Shown here: piece after piece, positions 28,075-38,364 of the stretch
How the letters are laid out: each line of letters begins with the position of its first letter
How positions within the stretch are numbered: position 1 is the first letter of the stretch
Assembly (NCBI GenBank): GCA_965603565.1
Contig: CBFDDM010000003.1
Span: forward strand, 1-55,057
From: an uncultured Anaerolineales bacterium
GTDB lineage: Bacteria > Chloroflexota > Anaerolineae > Anaerolineales > E44-bin32
Reading direction: 5' to 3'
Length of the DNA stretch: 55,057 bases
The notes under the pieces: generated by a model
What the model was told of the DNA's origin: nothing
The model's database searches: none
Seen by the model: the letters and a program-made list of their open reading frames with translations, nothing else
Made by a program: the position numbers and the translations under genes

Positions 28075-28934
28075 GTAGAGAAGCACGTACCAGCGAGAGC
28101 GCTTTCTCTCTGCCAAAGGCGCGCGCGATCATGCAGTGGAGCGCGGTGGCGGCGGCCTTCTTGATCGGTCTGCGCCACATCATGCCCGGCGAAGCCTCGC
28201 GCGGCGGTTCCTTTGATAGCTTCTGTCCTTTTGGCGGTATCGAGATTCTGCTGCCTTTTGTGCTGAGAGGCGAAACGCTCAAATCTACAACACTGTTCAA
28301 CTTCTCAATCTTGATTGGTGTCCTTGGCCTCACACTGATGGCCGGACGTGCGTTCTGCGGGTGGATGTGTCCGCTGGGCACGCTGCAGGATTACCTGGCG
28401 CGCATTGCGCGCCGCTTGAGCGGCGAGAAGCGCCACATTCGCGGTAAGCCCGGACAAGCACATTTTCCGGTTCGGCTGCCGCAAGCTGTAGACCACCCGC
28501 TGCGATATGCGAAATACTTTCTGCTCGGGGGGATCCTGATCGCCAGCTTGTTCACCGTGCACCCCCCGCTTTTTGAATTTTGTCCGGCGAGGGCTGCGTT
28601 CAGTTTGAAGCTGTCCCCTCTTTTGTGGGGAGTGCTGGGAATTTTCATTGGTGGGTCGCTGTTCGTCGAGAGAATTTGGTGCAAGTATTTGTGCCCATTC
28701 GCGGCGGTCATGGCGCCGCTGAACAAGATTTCTCCGCTGAAGGTCATCACCGAAAGCAGCCGCTGCAACCAGTGCGGGCGATGCGATATCGAGTGCTCGA
28801 TGGGGTTGGAGGATGTGCCGCAGAATCTGGATCATCCTGAATGTGTGCGCTGCCTGGAATGTCTTGAGACCTGTGCGCGCGACGGCGCGCTTTTCCTGGC
28901 AATCGGCTTACGGAGGGAAGCGCCGGCGAAGTGA
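28071..28934 (+). CDS. NapH/MauN-like membrane polyferredoxin (4Fe-4S binding protein)
   Basis: FCPFGG, GRAFCGWMCPLG, WCKYLCP, CNQCGRCDIEC, CVRCLECLETC. Confidence 0.85.
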   Translation: MSREARTSESAFSLPKARAIMQWSAVAAAFLIGLRHIMPGEASRGGSFDSFCPFGGIEILLPFVLRGETLKSTTLFNFSILIGVLGLTLMAGRAFCGWMCPLGTLQDYLARIARRLSGEKRHIRGKPGQAHFPVRLPQAVDHPLRYAKYFLLGGILIASLFTVHPPLFEFCPARAAFSLKLSPLLWGVLGIFIGGSLFVERIWCKYLCPFAAVMAPLNKISPLKVITESSRCNQCGRCDIECSMGLEDVPQNLDHPECVRCLECLETCARDGALFLAIGLRREAPAK

Positions 28935-29087
28935 TGCGCGAACCCCGCCTACAGCAGTCGGATCGGCGGGGTTGAGTGTTCGACAGGGGTATGGAAATGG
29001 CGTCTCCAGCTTTTAAGAGCTCTTCAAAGCAGGCGAGATCTGCATCGCTGACGCAAAGACAATAGGTTTATTACAAGGAGGCTTTTC

Positions 29088-29882
29088 ATGTTGAAGAACA
29101 ATTACAAAATCGGGATGGCGCTGGCCCTTCTCGGCATCCTGACCGGGTTGCTGACGTTCTACCTGATGGCAGATATCTACAACCCGACGATCGCCGGCAA
29201 GTTCGCCGATGGTCGACCCGATGAAGCGCTGACCGTGCGCGTGGTCTTTCCGTTCCTGGGGTGGCTGGGCATCAGTGCAGGCGCGTTGTGGGGTGCAATC
29301 CTTTACGGGTTTGCTCAAAGACAGGATTGGGCCTGGTTCTGGGGCGTCGTAGCTTCAACCGTGCAACTGCTGGTCGGCTTTTTCCCGATCATTCCACCCG
29401 CCAGTATCGGCATGCCCTTCCCGACCATCTGGGTTTTTGCGCTCGCTGCCGTGCTGTGGTTTGGCATGTTGTTGATCGGCGGGGTGGGAGGGAAGCTCAT
29501 CGCGCTGACCTTTGTGGCTGGCCTGGCCTACGTGCTTACCTTCATGGATGGGGTCGGCGTGATCGCCTACTTCCAGTTAAGCATGCAGGAGAGTTTCATG
29601 AACGGCGTCTTCGCCATGTCACAACAGGTGACCTGGTGGGGTGCGGCTGCGTGGGCGGTTTTCATCTTCGCAGCGGTGAAAGGGAAGTCGTGGGCCGTCC
29701 CGCTGGGGATCTTTGCGGCGATGATGTCCATGCTGGGTGGTTACCCGATGGGGATTGCAAACATGCTCAAGCTGGGACGTTTCTCGATGTTCCTGCCTGC
29801 GCCAGTAATCAGCACGTTGCTGCTTGTTGTCTTTCTGCTCCCCGGGACGCGCAGGCTGATCTCAAGTCAGGCAGAGGTGTAG
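29088..29882 (+). CDS. Uncharacterised ~8-TM membrane protein (distant paralogue C)
   Basis: AAGGAGG RBS; same two-half helical layout as paralogues A and B. Confidence 0.75.
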   Translation: MLKNNYKIGMALALLGILTGLLTFYLMADIYNPTIAGKFADGRPDEALTVRVVFPFLGWLGISAGALWGAILYGFAQRQDWAWFWGVVASTVQLLVGFFPIIPPASIGMPFPTIWVFALAAVLWFGMLLIGGVGGKLIALTFVAGLAYVLTFMDGVGVIAYFQLSMQESFMNGVFAMSQQVTWWGAAAWAVFIFAAVKGKSWAVPLGIFAAMMSMLGGYPMGIANMLKLGRFSMFLPAPVISTLLLVVFLLPGTRRLISSQAEV

Positions 29883-30076
29883 GGATCCACTTTGGTGTGT
29901 GTATTTCCGATCTATGATTGATTTGGATTTACGACCGCGAGGCCAGGTTGGTCCTTACAACGGAGCGTTGATCGCAGCTTATGATCGAGGTGGTGGGTAT
30001 GCGGGATATCCATGCGAGTTACAGGAGCAGCCGACGGCGTAATGCAGGTCCACGCGCGCCCGGGCCGGGAGGGATC

Positions 30077-30793
30077 CTACGTACCGTTGTCCTGTTGCTG
30101 CAGCGCGGTGCCGCCAGCAAGCTGGGATAGTTGGTCTTTGTCCATCAAGGTAAACTCTGTGCGCGTGATGTGGATGAGCTGGTCGTCAGCGAAGCGGTAG
30201 AGCACGCGGCAGATCATTTCGCGCGTCGTGCCGACGCGCGCCGCCATCTCGTCCAGGGTGAGATCGCGTTGCACTGGCTCAGATCCAGCGCGCGGGTACT
30301 GTTTCAACAACAGTTTGGCGAGACGCGCCGCTATGGGCTGGAAGGCGAGGTCCTCCACGATCATGGAGGCTTGCTGCATGCGCAAAACTAACTGCTGGCT
30401 CAATGCCCACAGCGCCTCACCCTCTTCGATCAGGTAAGGCAGCAGCGCATCACGGGGCCAGAGTGCCAGGCCGCCATCGGTCTCGACCTTAAGTGAAACC
30501 GGCATCGTCGCGCTTTCGACAAAGAAGGTCAGCCCCCAGAAGATGCTGCCCCGTTCTAGAGTCAGCACCGAGAGGGCGCGCCCCTCAGGCGATTCTTTCA
30601 GCGCCTGAAAAAGGCCGCCCTCCACGATAGCCAGGTAGGGCCATGAGCTTCCATAAAGCGTGACAAACTCGTCCTCCCGGTACTGGCGGTGTTGCGCCAG
30701 CGCAGCGATCTCGGTAAGTTCAGCCGAGCTGAATGCAGAGAAAGGCAGCGTTTCCTCGAGGAGCTTTAGAAAATCAGATTTCATCCAGACCAC
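30077..30793 (-). CDS. Crp/Fnr family transcriptional regulator
   Basis: KESPEGR, ARLAKLL, HTH LTLDEMAARVGTTREMICRVL. Confidence 0.9.
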   Translation of the reverse strand: MVWMKSDFLKLLEETLPFSAFSSAELTEIAALAQHRQYREDEFVTLYGSSWPYLAIVEGGLFQALKESPEGRALSVLTLERGSIFWGLTFFVESATMPVSLKVETDGGLALWPRDALLPYLIEEGEALWALSQQLVLRMQQASMIVEDLAFQPIAARLAKLLLKQYPRAGSEPVQRDLTLDEMAARVGTTREMICRVLYRFADDQLIHITRTEFTLMDKDQLSQLAGGTALQQQDNGT

Positions 30794-31388
30794 TCACGAT
30801 GTGTGCCGATATTGCCATGGAGATAAATTAAGCCTGAGCCCTAATCAACAACAGGCGAACTCACCTGATTGTAATCGAGTTTGCGTTAAGGCAAAGACAA
30901 ACAAACCGCGAATGCTATATATTTCACGATATCAGGTCGGGTTATGTCGGAACCCGTACCTTATTCTGGCCATCAACTGATTTCACCCGGCCGCGAACTC
31001 TTCCATCTCGGCTCCGCAGGAGCGCGTTGATCCGGTCGAGAAAAACGTGATGATGAATCCCCTGCTGGGCAACATCATTGTGTTCGGTTTAGCAGCCCTC
31101 CTTCTTCCAAAAATGGGCAGGGAATGGGTTACGCTCTGACCCAGGTTTGAAAGGATTACTACATCAGCACCAGGGGTAGTTCAATAGCCCCTTGCGTTCT
31201 CCTCAGGAGGCTCCGGTGCAATCCCATGATCAGGGTGGGCACATGCACCGGAGCCCTCCATTTATCAAGATTAATAAGTGCGCCCAAATTTACCGACCTT
31301 CGCATAATATTGTGCGTTTCTTCCCTTGCTTCACCGCGTATACTGGCGGTATCCTGCAGGAAATGAGATTATGTAAGTCAGGAAACGC

Positions 31389-32087
31389 ATGGACGGACTG
31401 GTAAATGTACTTTCGCGCGTCTGGCATTTCCGGCACCTTTCTGCCCAGGATCTGAAGCACATCGTTTCGGCGGGAAACCTGCGCAGGTTTTCCGAAGGGG
31501 AATGGATCTTTCACGAAGCGCAGGAAGGGGCGGGAATGTTTGTGCTGCTGCGTGGGGAAGTGCACCTTTATAAGCTCGGTCCGAACGCACAAGAACAGAT
31601 CATCAGCACGATCGAATCGGTGATCATGTTCAACGAACTCACCGCCATCGATGGCGGTCCGAACCCGTATAGTGCACGTGCGTGCAGGAACAGCCTGACA
31701 TGGAACATCTCCAACCAATCCTTCAACGACCTGGTTCGCCGCTACCCCGACCCGGAGATCGGTCTAGGACTGCTGCGTGTGCTGGCGCAGCGTACACGCA
31801 TGTTGATTGAGCGCTGCGAGGATCTCTCCTATCTGCCGGTTATCTCTCGGATGGCGAAATTGCTGCTTGAGTTGAGCGCGCAGGGAAAACGGCCAATCGA
31901 TCGCAGTGAGCATCCAATCCGGGAATTGGCGGCGCATATCGCAAGCGTGCCGGAGGTGGTGAGCCGCTCGCTTAGCTACCTGCACGAGATGGGCGCCATC
32001 GACTGCAGCCGGACACAAATCCTCGTTCACCAACCGGAACGGTTAGCAGAAGTTGCCCGGGCGGAAACCTCAGTCTTCCTGAACTAA
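31389..32087 (+). CDS. Crp/Fnr family transcriptional regulator
   Basis: IFHEAQ..GEV.LYK, FNELTAIDGG, HTH IRELAAHIASVPEVVSRSL. Confidence 0.9.
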   Translation: MDGLVNVLSRVWHFRHLSAQDLKHIVSAGNLRRFSEGEWIFHEAQEGAGMFVLLRGEVHLYKLGPNAQEQIISTIESVIMFNELTAIDGGPNPYSARACRNSLTWNISNQSFNDLVRRYPDPEIGLGLLRVLAQRTRMLIERCEDLSYLPVISRMAKLLLELSAQGKRPIDRSEHPIRELAAHIASVPEVVSRSLSYLHEMGAIDCSRTQILVHQPERLAEVARAETSVFLN

Positions 32088-32132
32088 GCTTCATCTTCTC
32101 AAAGTCCATACCAATACATCCTCCCGGCTGAT

Positions 32133-32202
32133 TTGACTTATGTCAAAGACGCGGGCGTCAAGCGTTGTTATGCTTGAGTTCGAAGATCGTGAAAATCTTC
32201 AC
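32133..32202 (+). promoter_or_regulatory. Class II Fnr-type promoter of the octahaem operon with a downstream Rex/CRP-like box
   Basis: TTGAC-TTAT-GTCAA (32133-32146), TGtTATGCT extended -10 (32166-32174), GTGAA-AATC-TTCAC (32189-32202). Confidence 0.65.
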
Positions 32203-32309
32203 GTTTAATGCTGGCGCGGCCTGCCGGGTTGCGCGCCACAAGGTCGTTTTCGCCCTTCGATGCGGCTAGTCGAAGGTTCGATAAGAGCAAGGAAATAAGG
32301 AGAATGCAT

Positions 32310-33341
32310 ATGCACAAACATGATCGAAACAAGCGTGGTTCTCCGCCGCGCAATGGGAGTTTTCTGGTACTGACGGCTGTTACGCTGTTAGCCCTGCTGC
32401 TGACGGGCTGCCAGGGAGCCGCAGAACCTGATCCCACGGAGATCATACCTGAACCAACGCAGGCGCCCACCGAACCGCCTCCGCCTACGCCGACGGAAGT
32501 GCCGGATCAATCAGCGTTCGTCGCCGATTGGGAAAACGGGCCCCATGCAGATAATTACGGTCTTGGCAAAGGTCCCAACACCTATTGTTCGCGCTGCCAC
32601 TCACCCCAGAACTGGGACCCGGCAGCGACCGTCGATCGGCCCCCGAACTGTGTGACCTGCAAGTTCCCGACGGATGAAGAAGTGCGCATGGCCTCTACGA
32701 TGGATTTTGTGGAGGAAGAGGACTGGGTCGGTATCACCTGTGAGACCTGCCACCAAGTCGAAAACGACGTCGTGCAGGAGGGGCTCACCTGGCTGAACAC
32801 CGTCACCGGCGAGCACGAAACCGTGAACACGCCCAACGAACTCTGCGGAAAATGCCATGCCGATACGCAGGGGGTTGCAGCGACCGGCGGGCGGGGGGTT
32901 ACGCATGCCATCAACCTAAGTGGCAGCGCCCACCTGAACTGGGCCGGTGAGTGGCCGCAGGTGGACCGTCCGCAATACTGTTCGGACTGCCATAACCCTC
33001 ACACAACGGAACCAATGCAGTGCGTTGACTGCCATGAAGACGTCACCGCATCCGACGAGCACATGAAAGGCTTGAACGATGTGATGCTGGACGACGTGAC
33101 CTGCATGGCCTGCCACGACGCATCCGGAATGGAAGTCGGGCCTCATCCGGACGAAGAGATGGACGGCGTCTTCGTGACGCTGGTGAGCGAGATGAGTCGG
33201 TCCGGCGAGATGACATCGGACTATGTCAAATCGCACAGCATCCAGTGGGAAGTCTCTTGCGACCGCTGCCACTTCGAAGGCAACCCTTGGGAGCTGGTCG
33301 TCTTAACCGCTGAGGGAACACCGCCCGAAGTGGAGGAGTAA
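32310..33341 (+). CDS. Multihaem cytochrome c lipoprotein (7 CxxCH + 1 CxxCK)
   Basis: Lipobox LTGC; CSRCH, CVTCK, CETCH, CGKCH, CSDCH, CVDCH, CMACH, CDRCH. Confidence 0.88.
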   Translation: MHKHDRNKRGSPPRNGSFLVLTAVTLLALLLTGCQGAAEPDPTEIIPEPTQAPTEPPPPTPTEVPDQSAFVADWENGPHADNYGLGKGPNTYCSRCHSPQNWDPAATVDRPPNCVTCKFPTDEEVRMASTMDFVEEEDWVGITCETCHQVENDVVQEGLTWLNTVTGEHETVNTPNELCGKCHADTQGVAATGGRGVTHAINLSGSAHLNWAGEWPQVDRPQYCSDCHNPHTTEPMQCVDCHEDVTASDEHMKGLNDVMLDDVTCMACHDASGMEVGPHPDEEMDGVFVTLVSEMSRSGEMTSDYVKSHSIQWEVSCDRCHFEGNPWELVVLTAEGTPPEVEE

Positions 33342-33517
33342 GACCCTCAAACGAATCAGTGAGACGTCCTATGCACATTAGCCGCCGCCTTCTCGGGGTG
33401 CCATTGACAGGGTCCCATGAGGACGGGGCATAGGACGCCTCACAGAAAAAGAATATCACAATTGAATTCATTGCCCACTACTTTTCCTGAGGGCATAAGT
33501 TTGTGGAGGTAGGCAAC

Positions 33518-34471
33518 TTGAACGAACGAAGGAGTGTACGAGGCGAAACGGGATTTGCTGCCCGTAGCGGGATGTGCATCCCAGCGGGCTTGTTCCTTCT
33601 CTTGCTGGCGTTGGCGATGACAGCTTGTGGGAATTCAGTCGAAGATCCCATAGAGCCGGTGGCGGATCAGGCAGCACAGGGCCAATCAAGGACGGTGACA
33701 GATGCGCCAGATGAGGGCAAAGCCCCGGTGGAGGCCAACTCGGTTACAGCCGATTGGGCTGACAGCCCCCACGCTGACACTTATGTGCTGAACGATGCGG
33801 GGGCAAACAGCACTTGCGCTGCCTGTCACGCCCCCATGCAGTGGATCCCTTCCATGGAGGACATGCCTGAAAGCTGCAGCACCTGTAAGTTTGAAGTTGA
33901 TCCCCCGCCGCCTACGATCACGGAGACAGATTGGACGCATGTGGAGTGCAAGGTCTGTCACGCCGAAAAGAAGGGCGAGATCCAGCCAGAGGTGCTCTGG
34001 CTCGAAATCGCACCGATCGAGGAGTATGCCGAAGTTTCTTCGCATACCGAGCTTTGTCAGAAATGCCACCTAGCAGGCGAACTGGCCGGACACGCCAGCG
34101 TACAGGTGTCAGGCGACCATGCAGGCTATGAATGCACCGAATGCCATCAGGCACACTCGGCACAGGCGTCGTGCAGCGCGCAGGGGTGTCACGACGAAGT
34201 GCTTGATCCAGCGCTGGGGATCCCGGGCCACGATGATCAGCACGCCAACGTCCGTTGCGTTGCCTGCCACGACGCCGGGGATCTGCAGGTTGGACCGGAT
34301 CCAGAGACGGGTGAATGGACGACTTTCATAACCGGCGAGAACGAGGACGTCGGTCCGAGGCCATTCGTGTCGCACGACACGCGCCTCGAAGTTGACTGCG
34401 AACGCTGTCACTACCCCGGAAATCCGTGGGAGCTCTCCACCGAAGTGGAGGGAGCGTCCGACACCGAATAG
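33518..34471 (+). CDS. Paralogous multihaem cytochrome c lipoprotein (6 CxxCH + CxxxxCH + CxxCK)
   Basis: Lipobox MTAC; CAACH, CSTCK, CKVCH, CQKCH, CTECH, CSAQGCH, CVACH, CERCH. Confidence 0.86.
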   Translation: MNERRSVRGETGFAARSGMCIPAGLFLLLLALAMTACGNSVEDPIEPVADQAAQGQSRTVTDAPDEGKAPVEANSVTADWADSPHADTYVLNDAGANSTCAACHAPMQWIPSMEDMPESCSTCKFEVDPPPPTITETDWTHVECKVCHAEKKGEIQPEVLWLEIAPIEEYAEVSSHTELCQKCHLAGELAGHASVQVSGDHAGYECTECHQAHSAQASCSAQGCHDEVLDPALGIPGHDDQHANVRCVACHDAGDLQVGPDPETGEWTTFITGENEDVGPRPFVSHDTRLEVDCERCHYPGNPWELSTEVEGASDTE

Positions 34472-34505
34472 CGCCTCCAGGCGCAGCCGGAAGTTGAGGA
34501 AGGAT

Positions 34506-36038
34506 ATGATGTTGCGAGAACGTACACGATTTCTTTTTCAGTCAACGAAGGGTTTGATCCTGCTGGCAATCGCCATGATCTCGCTCGTCACGGCTGTCTG
34601 GGGCATGCTCTCCGGGCCGATGGTGGAGTGGGGTGTGCGCGACTTTGTGGTGGGTCTTACGGGCATGGATATGGTCCCGGCGCAGCGTGAAGGGCGCATC
34701 ATCATGCTCTACCACACCATTGCAATCGCGGTGATCGCCATCGAGACGTACATGATCACCGACCTGGTGCCGATGAAGGGGTACCAGCGTACGACAATCA
34801 ACGCTACGGTTACGGCCGGTTACCTGATGACGATGGTGTTCGGACTGTGGTTTGGCTATTTCGGGCAGAATTTTGTCTTCCACGGGCTTTTTCTATTCGG
34901 TCAATCTGTGACTTACTTTGCAGGCATCCTGCTCGCTGCGGCGCTCTGGCCGTGGAAGCAGGAATACCGGGTTCAGGATCCGGACTACGCCCGAACGCCT
35001 GGCGGGATCGACCTCGAGCGCGCCGCCTTTTTCACCATGGCGGTCGCCACGCTCGGCTCGGCGCTTTTCGGCGCCGTGACCGGCTCGTACTGGGGCAATG
35101 GTCACGAGACCTTCCTTGCCGAAGACCTGATCCGCGAGCCGCACAAGACGGTACTGCAAAAGTCGATCATCGGTCATTTACACATCATGCTCACGTTGAT
35201 CGGCATCGCAATCACGTTAATCGTGGGCCGCTGGCAGGATTTCAAAGGGCGCCTGCATAAGTGGGCTATGCCCTTAATGATCGTCGGTACGATCATCATC
35301 TCGCTGGGTGCGTGGTCGGTGGTCGTCGTCGAGTGGGCGCACACGATCATCTACGTGGGTTCGGTGCTGGTTATGCTGGCCGCCCTGTTCTTCGTGATCT
35401 TCAGCTGGGACAAACTTATCCGCACTGGACTCGGCGAAAGAGAAGATGGCAAGCGCGGTGCAGGTGCAAAGATTCGTGCCTTGCTGCGTGACCCGCTCAA
35501 ATTCGGTGTGGGATGGCAGATGGTCTTCATGAATTTCACGGTGAGCGGCATTGGAATCTTTATGGCCGTCAAACTCGACGAGATTTTCCGCGTCTGGCCC
35601 CATCGTGAGGAGCGCATCGTGCTCACCGGGCACTGGCACATCCTCTCGGCAATCATCGCCACGATCATCCTGCTCTACTATGCCGATTTATCGGGGTTGA
35701 AGGGCAGGGTGCGGAAGTGGTTCGGCTGGTTTGTGATCCTGGGCTCGGACCTGGCTTTCGGTGCGGTGACCGTGTTTGAGATGAAGCGGCTATTTGTCGG
35801 TGTTGCCGACCAACAAACAGTGATCAACTGGACTATGCTGCTCAACGAGATCGGGCTGGGGACGGTGTTGATTACGCTGGCCGCGATCATGGTCTGGCGT
35901 CTGGTCGATCTGTTCCGTGACCAGGGCCGCTGGCAGCGGGAATACAAACAGACGCGTTTTGATCGCTTTGAGGCTGGGGAGATTACCAAACCGCATGGCG
36001 ACGAGGAAGACCAGGGGTCCAGGGAGGTGGAGCGATGA
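34506..36038 (+). CDS. 12-TM His-rich membrane protein, possible divergent haem-copper oxidase-fold homologue
   Basis: Twelve hydrophobic segments in three 4-TM units; His in TM2 (LYH), TM4 (FHG), TM6 (GHLH), TM8 (AHT), TM10 (GHWH). Confidence 0.6.
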   Translation: MMLRERTRFLFQSTKGLILLAIAMISLVTAVWGMLSGPMVEWGVRDFVVGLTGMDMVPAQREGRIIMLYHTIAIAVIAIETYMITDLVPMKGYQRTTINATVTAGYLMTMVFGLWFGYFGQNFVFHGLFLFGQSVTYFAGILLAAALWPWKQEYRVQDPDYARTPGGIDLERAAFFTMAVATLGSALFGAVTGSYWGNGHETFLAEDLIREPHKTVLQKSIIGHLHIMLTLIGIAITLIVGRWQDFKGRLHKWAMPLMIVGTIIISLGAWSVVVVEWAHTIIYVGSVLVMLAALFFVIFSWDKLIRTGLGEREDGKRGAGAKIRALLRDPLKFGVGWQMVFMNFTVSGIGIFMAVKLDEIFRVWPHREERIVLTGHWHILSAIIATIILLYYADLSGLKGRVRKWFGWFVILGSDLAFGAVTVFEMKRLFVGVADQQTVINWTMLLNEIGLGTVLITLAAIMVWRLVDLFRDQGRWQREYKQTRFDRFEAGEITKPHGDEEDQGSREVER

Positions 36039-36946
36039 ATTCGAAGGTATGGATAGGGATCGCAATCTGCTTGCTGCTAGGCGCATGCGGGCCTACCCCC
36101 CAGGAGGCCGCCGGGCTGATCCCTGAGATCGACACAGGAGTAAACTCCGAGGCATGGGCGCTCGTGCCCGCTGGCACGTTCTATCGCGGTCAGCATGAAC
36201 ATGAGGAAGAGATCGCATACGATTACGAGATCATGCTGACGCATGTGACCAACGCGCAGTTCGCCGAGTACCTAAACGAAGCGCTGCAATCGGATTGGAT
36301 AGAGCGGTCCGGTGATCAGATCGTTGGCTACTATCCCGGTGATGAGTTCCGAGGCTTCGAGCATGAGGAAGAGATCCGCGCGGGGGACTGGACGCACCTA
36401 ACGATCGGGGCCGATCTGCTTCGCGTGTTTGAGAATGACCAGGGTCAATTTGAGGCTGAGCAGGGTTATGCCAACCACCCCGTGACGCAGGTGACCTGGT
36501 TTGGCGCAAAGGGCTACTGCGAATTCTACGGCTGGCGCCTGCCGAGCGAGCAGGAGTGGGAAAAAGCCGCACGCGGGGAAGATGCGCGCCCCTATCCCTG
36601 GGGCTGGGAGATCGAGAACAATCAAGCGAACTTCTACAGCAGCAGCGATATCTTCGAAAAAGTGTTCGGCAAAGCCGGCGACACGACACCGGTAGGGTTT
36701 TATAACGGCGAGACCTATGCGGGCTACGAGACAATGGATGGCGCCAGTCCTTATGGGCTGTATGACATGGGCGGGAACGTGTGGCAGTGGACAGGGAATG
36801 TTTACGAGGATCAACATTACCGATACATGCGCGGCGGGAGCCGGCATGAATACGCATATTACCTGCGGGTGTGGATGCGCAACAGCGCCGGACCCGATTA
36901 CGCCGACCCGTTGATCGGATTTCGTTGTGCCAGAGAGATCGAATGA
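36035..36946 (+). CDS. FGE-sulfatase-fold (SUMF1/NirV/PvdO-like) lipoprotein
   Basis: Lipobox LGAC; [50 protein letters not shown]; lacks the catalytic FGE Cys pair. Confidence 0.85.
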   Translation: MNSKVWIGIAICLLLGACGPTPQEAAGLIPEIDTGVNSEAWALVPAGTFYRGQHEHEEEIAYDYEIMLTHVTNAQFAEYLNEALQSDWIERSGDQIVGYYPGDEFRGFEHEEEIRAGDWTHLTIGADLLRVFENDQGQFEAEQGYANHPVTQVTWFGAKGYCEFYGWRLPSEQEWEKAARGEDARPYPWGWEIENNQANFYSSSDIFEKVFGKAGDTTPVGFYNGETYAGYETMDGASPYGLYDMGGNVWQWTGNVYEDQHYRYMRGGSRHEYAYYLRVWMRNSAGPDYADPLIGFRCAREIE

Positions 36947-37842
36947 TGAAACACTTTGATAGGGCGCTGCGCTGGCTTAAAGAAGACATGGTGAGGGAAC
37001 TTCGGGGTATGTGGCCGCTTCTGAAGAGCTACCAGACGGGGCTGCTGCTGCTTACCGGCCTTGCTGGCTATATGAGCGCCCGCTGCCCGATCCTGGGTTG
37101 GAGTCTGCTGCTGAACCTCACCGGTAGCCTGCTGCTGGCGATCAGCGGCAGCACCGTTCTAAACATGGTCTATGATCGCGACATCGACGCGCGCATGCAG
37201 CGCACCTGCGGAAGGCCGCTTCCAGCGGGCAAGATCTCTGTACCGAAGGCACTTGCACTCGGAATCGCACTGAGCCTGGCGGGTATGGTCTGGGCGCTCT
37301 GGATAAACGCCCTCTACGGCCTGGTTGTGTTTGCGGGATGGTTCTTTGATGTGATCGTGTACACGATCTGGTTGAAGCGCCGAACGGCGTGGTCGGTTGT
37401 CTGGGGAGGCATCGCTGGAGGGATGCCTGTGCTGGCCGGGCGCGCACTGGGACTGGGTGGGATCGATTGGGTCGGTCTTATGCTTGCCCTGGCAGTGCTG
37501 CTGTGGATCCCTACGCATATCATGACCTTCAGCATCCGCTACCGCAAAGACTATGAATCTGCAGGGATTCCGATTTTTCCAACACACTATGGGGAACGAC
37601 GCACCCAGCTCATTATCGCGTTGTCCTCTGTGCTGGCCGCGTTGGCGATGGGTGCGGCGGCGTACGGGATCGGCATGACCTGGGGATACCTGCGTATCCT
37701 GATCGTTCTCGGCAGCGGGTTATTTTTTCTGGCGTTGTTCTCAACAATGCATCCATCGCGCAAGATCCAATTCGGGCTCTTCAAGTATGCCTCCGTGTAC
37801 ATGCTGGGCTCGATGCTATTGGTCATGATGCAGGGGATATAA
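36943..37842 (+). CDS. ctaB: Protohaem IX farnesyltransferase (haem O synthase)
   Basis: [50 protein letters not shown]. Confidence 0.9.
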   Translation: MMKHFDRALRWLKEDMVRELRGMWPLLKSYQTGLLLLTGLAGYMSARCPILGWSLLLNLTGSLLLAISGSTVLNMVYDRDIDARMQRTCGRPLPAGKISVPKALALGIALSLAGMVWALWINALYGLVVFAGWFFDVIVYTIWLKRRTAWSVVWGGIAGGMPVLAGRALGLGGIDWVGLMLALAVLLWIPTHIMTFSIRYRKDYESAGIPIFPTHYGERRTQLIIALSSVLAALAMGAAAYGIGMTWGYLRILIVLGSGLFFLALFSTMHPSRKIQFGLFKYASVYMLGSMLLVMMQGI

Positions 37843-37884
37843 GCCGCGCATGCAGGATGACTCGGGATTGCAACGAGACAGGGA

Positions 37885-38364
37885 ATGGGTTTGAATTTAT
37901 TCGATGAAAGCAGGAAACCTGCCGCGCCGCGGGCGGTGTTGAAACTGCTCGCAGGGCTCACCTGGAGTGGTGTTGGATTGCTTTTGGGCCGATGGGTGTG
38001 GGTATGGCTGAATCCGCTGGGTTGGAGGGCTGCCATTCGCTGGCTGGTGGCGGGTGCATGTCTCGCCGCGATCATGCACCTCTTCTTCACATGGATGGCG
38101 TGGAGGAACATCGATCGCATCGACCGGTTACCGGAGAGAGCCTGCATCTTTGCGTTCCAATCCTGGAGCAGTTACCCGCTGGTTGCGCTAATGGTTTCAT
38201 TGGGCTTACTGATGCGTGGGTCTCCGCTGCCGCGCACTTGGCTGGCTGTGCTCTACCTGGGAATCGGCGGGGGTTTATTCGCGGCGAGCCTGCGCTATGA
38301 ACTGCACCTGCTGGGCATTCGGCGCTGGTCGGGGTGGCCGTCTTTGCCGGGAGCAATCTGTTGA
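37885..38364 (+). CDS. Hypothetical 4-TM membrane protein
   Basis: LAGLTWSGVG, NIDRI...CIFAFQSWSSY, YLGIGGGL. Confidence 0.65.
   Translation: MGLNLFDESRKPAAPRAVLKLLAGLTWSGVGLLLGRWVWVWLNPLGWRAAIRWLVAGACLAAIMHLFFTWMAWRNIDRIDRLPERACIFAFQSWSSYPLVALMVSLGLLMRGSPLPRTWLAVLYLGIGGGLFAASLRYELHLLGIRRWSGWPSLPGAIC

Noticed and set aside
32310-34471. Calling the CxxCK cytochromes NrfA or ONR
   Set aside because: Size, motif order and the absence of the helical C-terminal domain do not fit
34506-36038. Calling the membrane protein haem A synthase (CtaA) or a canonical CoxI/NorB
   Set aside because: EWAH resembles the CtaA ExxHR motif but lacks the Arg, and the protein has ~12 rather than 8 TM; the CuB/FeB His-His pair of CoxI/NorB is absent
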